Under the pieces are notes generated by a model. That model had not been told where the DNA came from, searched no databases, and was given only the letters and a program-made list of their open reading frames with translations. Position numbers and translations under genes: made by a program. Of a DNA stretch of 64,000 bases, positions 63,135 through 64,000 are shown in pieces (the first letter of the stretch is position 1; the number at the start of each line of letters is the position of its first letter). Source of the DNA: an uncultured Nitrospiraceae bacterium (GTDB lineage: Bacteria > Nitrospirota > Thermodesulfovibrionia > Thermodesulfovibrionales > Dissulfurispiraceae); NCBI GenBank assembly GCA_963727805.1, contig CAVSHF010000003.1, positions 160,001-224,000 on the forward strand, read 5' to 3'.

Positions 63135-64000
63135 ATGCAAGGATTTAGTTAAGGAAACAGACCCGATAAAGGTCTACGGCCGGGTCGACAAGGGCGTTGG
63201 ACTTGTAATCGAAGGCCTCGGACCGAGGGCCAATATCGGTGATGTCTGCTTTATTCAGCCGAGTGACTTGTTGAAGGATTCATTTGTAGAAGCGGAAGTT
63301 ATCGGATTCAGAGAAGACCGGATTCTCCTTATGCCGCTTCAGGAAATGCGTGGTATAGGTCCCGGGTCTCGTATAATTGCCAAGGGAAGACAAAGGTATG
63401 TGAGGGTTGGCGAAGAACTTCTTGGCAGGGTCCTCGATGGCCTCGGCAACCCGATGGACGGCAAGGGACATATAAACGGTCAGCTATATCCTATTTACCA
63501 GGAGCCGATCAATCCCCTTTCGAGAAGGCGTATTTTAACGCCACTCGACCTCGGAATCAGGGCAATCAACTCGCTGCTTACTTGTGGGAAGGGCCAAAGG
63601 ATAGGGATCATGGCCGGTAGCGGGGTGGGTAAGAGTGTTTTACTTGGTATGATGGCGCGAAATACTGAAGCGGATGTCAATGTTATCGCACTAATCGGCG
63701 AACGCGGCAGGGAGGTCAGGGAGTTTCTCGAAAAAGACCTCGGCGAGGAAGGTCTCAAACGGTCAGTCCTTGTCGTAGCGACATCCGATACTTCCCCGCT
63801 TGTAAGGCTCAGGGGTGCTTTTCTCGCGATCGCTGTGGCGGAATATTTCAGGTCCCTTGGCAAAGATGTCCTTTTTATGATGGACTCGCTCACTAGATTT
63901 GCCATGGCGCAGAGAGAGATCGGCCTGGCCGCAGGGGAGCCGCCGACCACCAAGGGGTATCCTCCTTCGGCATTCAATTTGCTGCCAAAGCTTCTTGAGC
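63106..64000 (+). CDS. fliI: Flagellar export ATPase FliI (runs off the window edge)
   Basis: Manual translation: ...[10 protein letters not shown]...[17 protein letters not shown]...[12 protein letters not shown]...[30 protein letters not shown]. Confidence 0.96.
   Translation, partial: MQSPQHLIAKCKDLVKETDPIKVYGRVDKGVGLVIEGLGPRANIGDVCFIQPSDLLKDSFVEAEVIGFREDRILLMPLQEMRGIGPGSRIIAKGRQRYVRVGEELLGRVLDGLGNPMDGKGHINGQLYPIYQEPINPLSRRRILTPLDLGIRAINSLLTCGKGQRIGIMAGSGVGKSVLLGMMARNTEADVNVIALIGERGREVREFLEKDLGEEGLKRSVLVVATSDTSPLVRLRGAFLAIAVAEYFRSLGKDVLFMMDSLTRFAMAQREIGLAAGEPPTTKGYPPSAFNLLPKLLE

Overview
Bacterial chromosomal window, probably from an anaerobic, flagellated Nitrospirota (Thermodesulfovibrionia-like) or deltaproteobacterium-like organism. 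This is inferred from gene content only and is not verified. The window has two zones. (1) About 1-40.4 kb is a loosely packed accessory zone. It holds c-di-GMP genes (2 HD-GYP, 2 PilZ), SppA, a molybdopterin oxidoreductase with Mop, an IS609-like IS200/IS605 element (tnpA plus frameshifted tnpB, both ends visible), an aldehyde dehydrogenase, a stand-alone AbiJ-NTD3-like protein, an inverted pair of duplicated receiver-only genes, a group 3b [NiFe] hydrogenase operon, an RNB nuclease and a Tat-exported xanthine dehydrogenase-family (PaoABC-like) operon. Its spacers contain many decayed gene remnants (glgX, uvrD/pcrA, SRAP, acetolactate synthase, SPFH, IorB-type). (2) About 40.4-64 kb is a dense core zone: rlmI-like, moxR-DUF58-transglutaminase, ilvD, tRNA-Gly(CCC), Nramp, Rne/Rng, a ferritin-like gene and the start of a sigma54-controlled flagellar cluster (FleQ-like activator, TPR protein, FleS/FleR-like pair, flgBC-fliEFGHI). 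The most striking unexplained signal is a ~235-nt transcript candidate at 17210-17445. It has seven consecutive hairpins, a perfect TTGACA-N17-TATAAT promoter and an intrinsic terminator, lies next to an orphan ISNCY/IS1202-like end, and matches no RNA class I recognise. All family assignments come from motif recognition by eye; no database searches were run.
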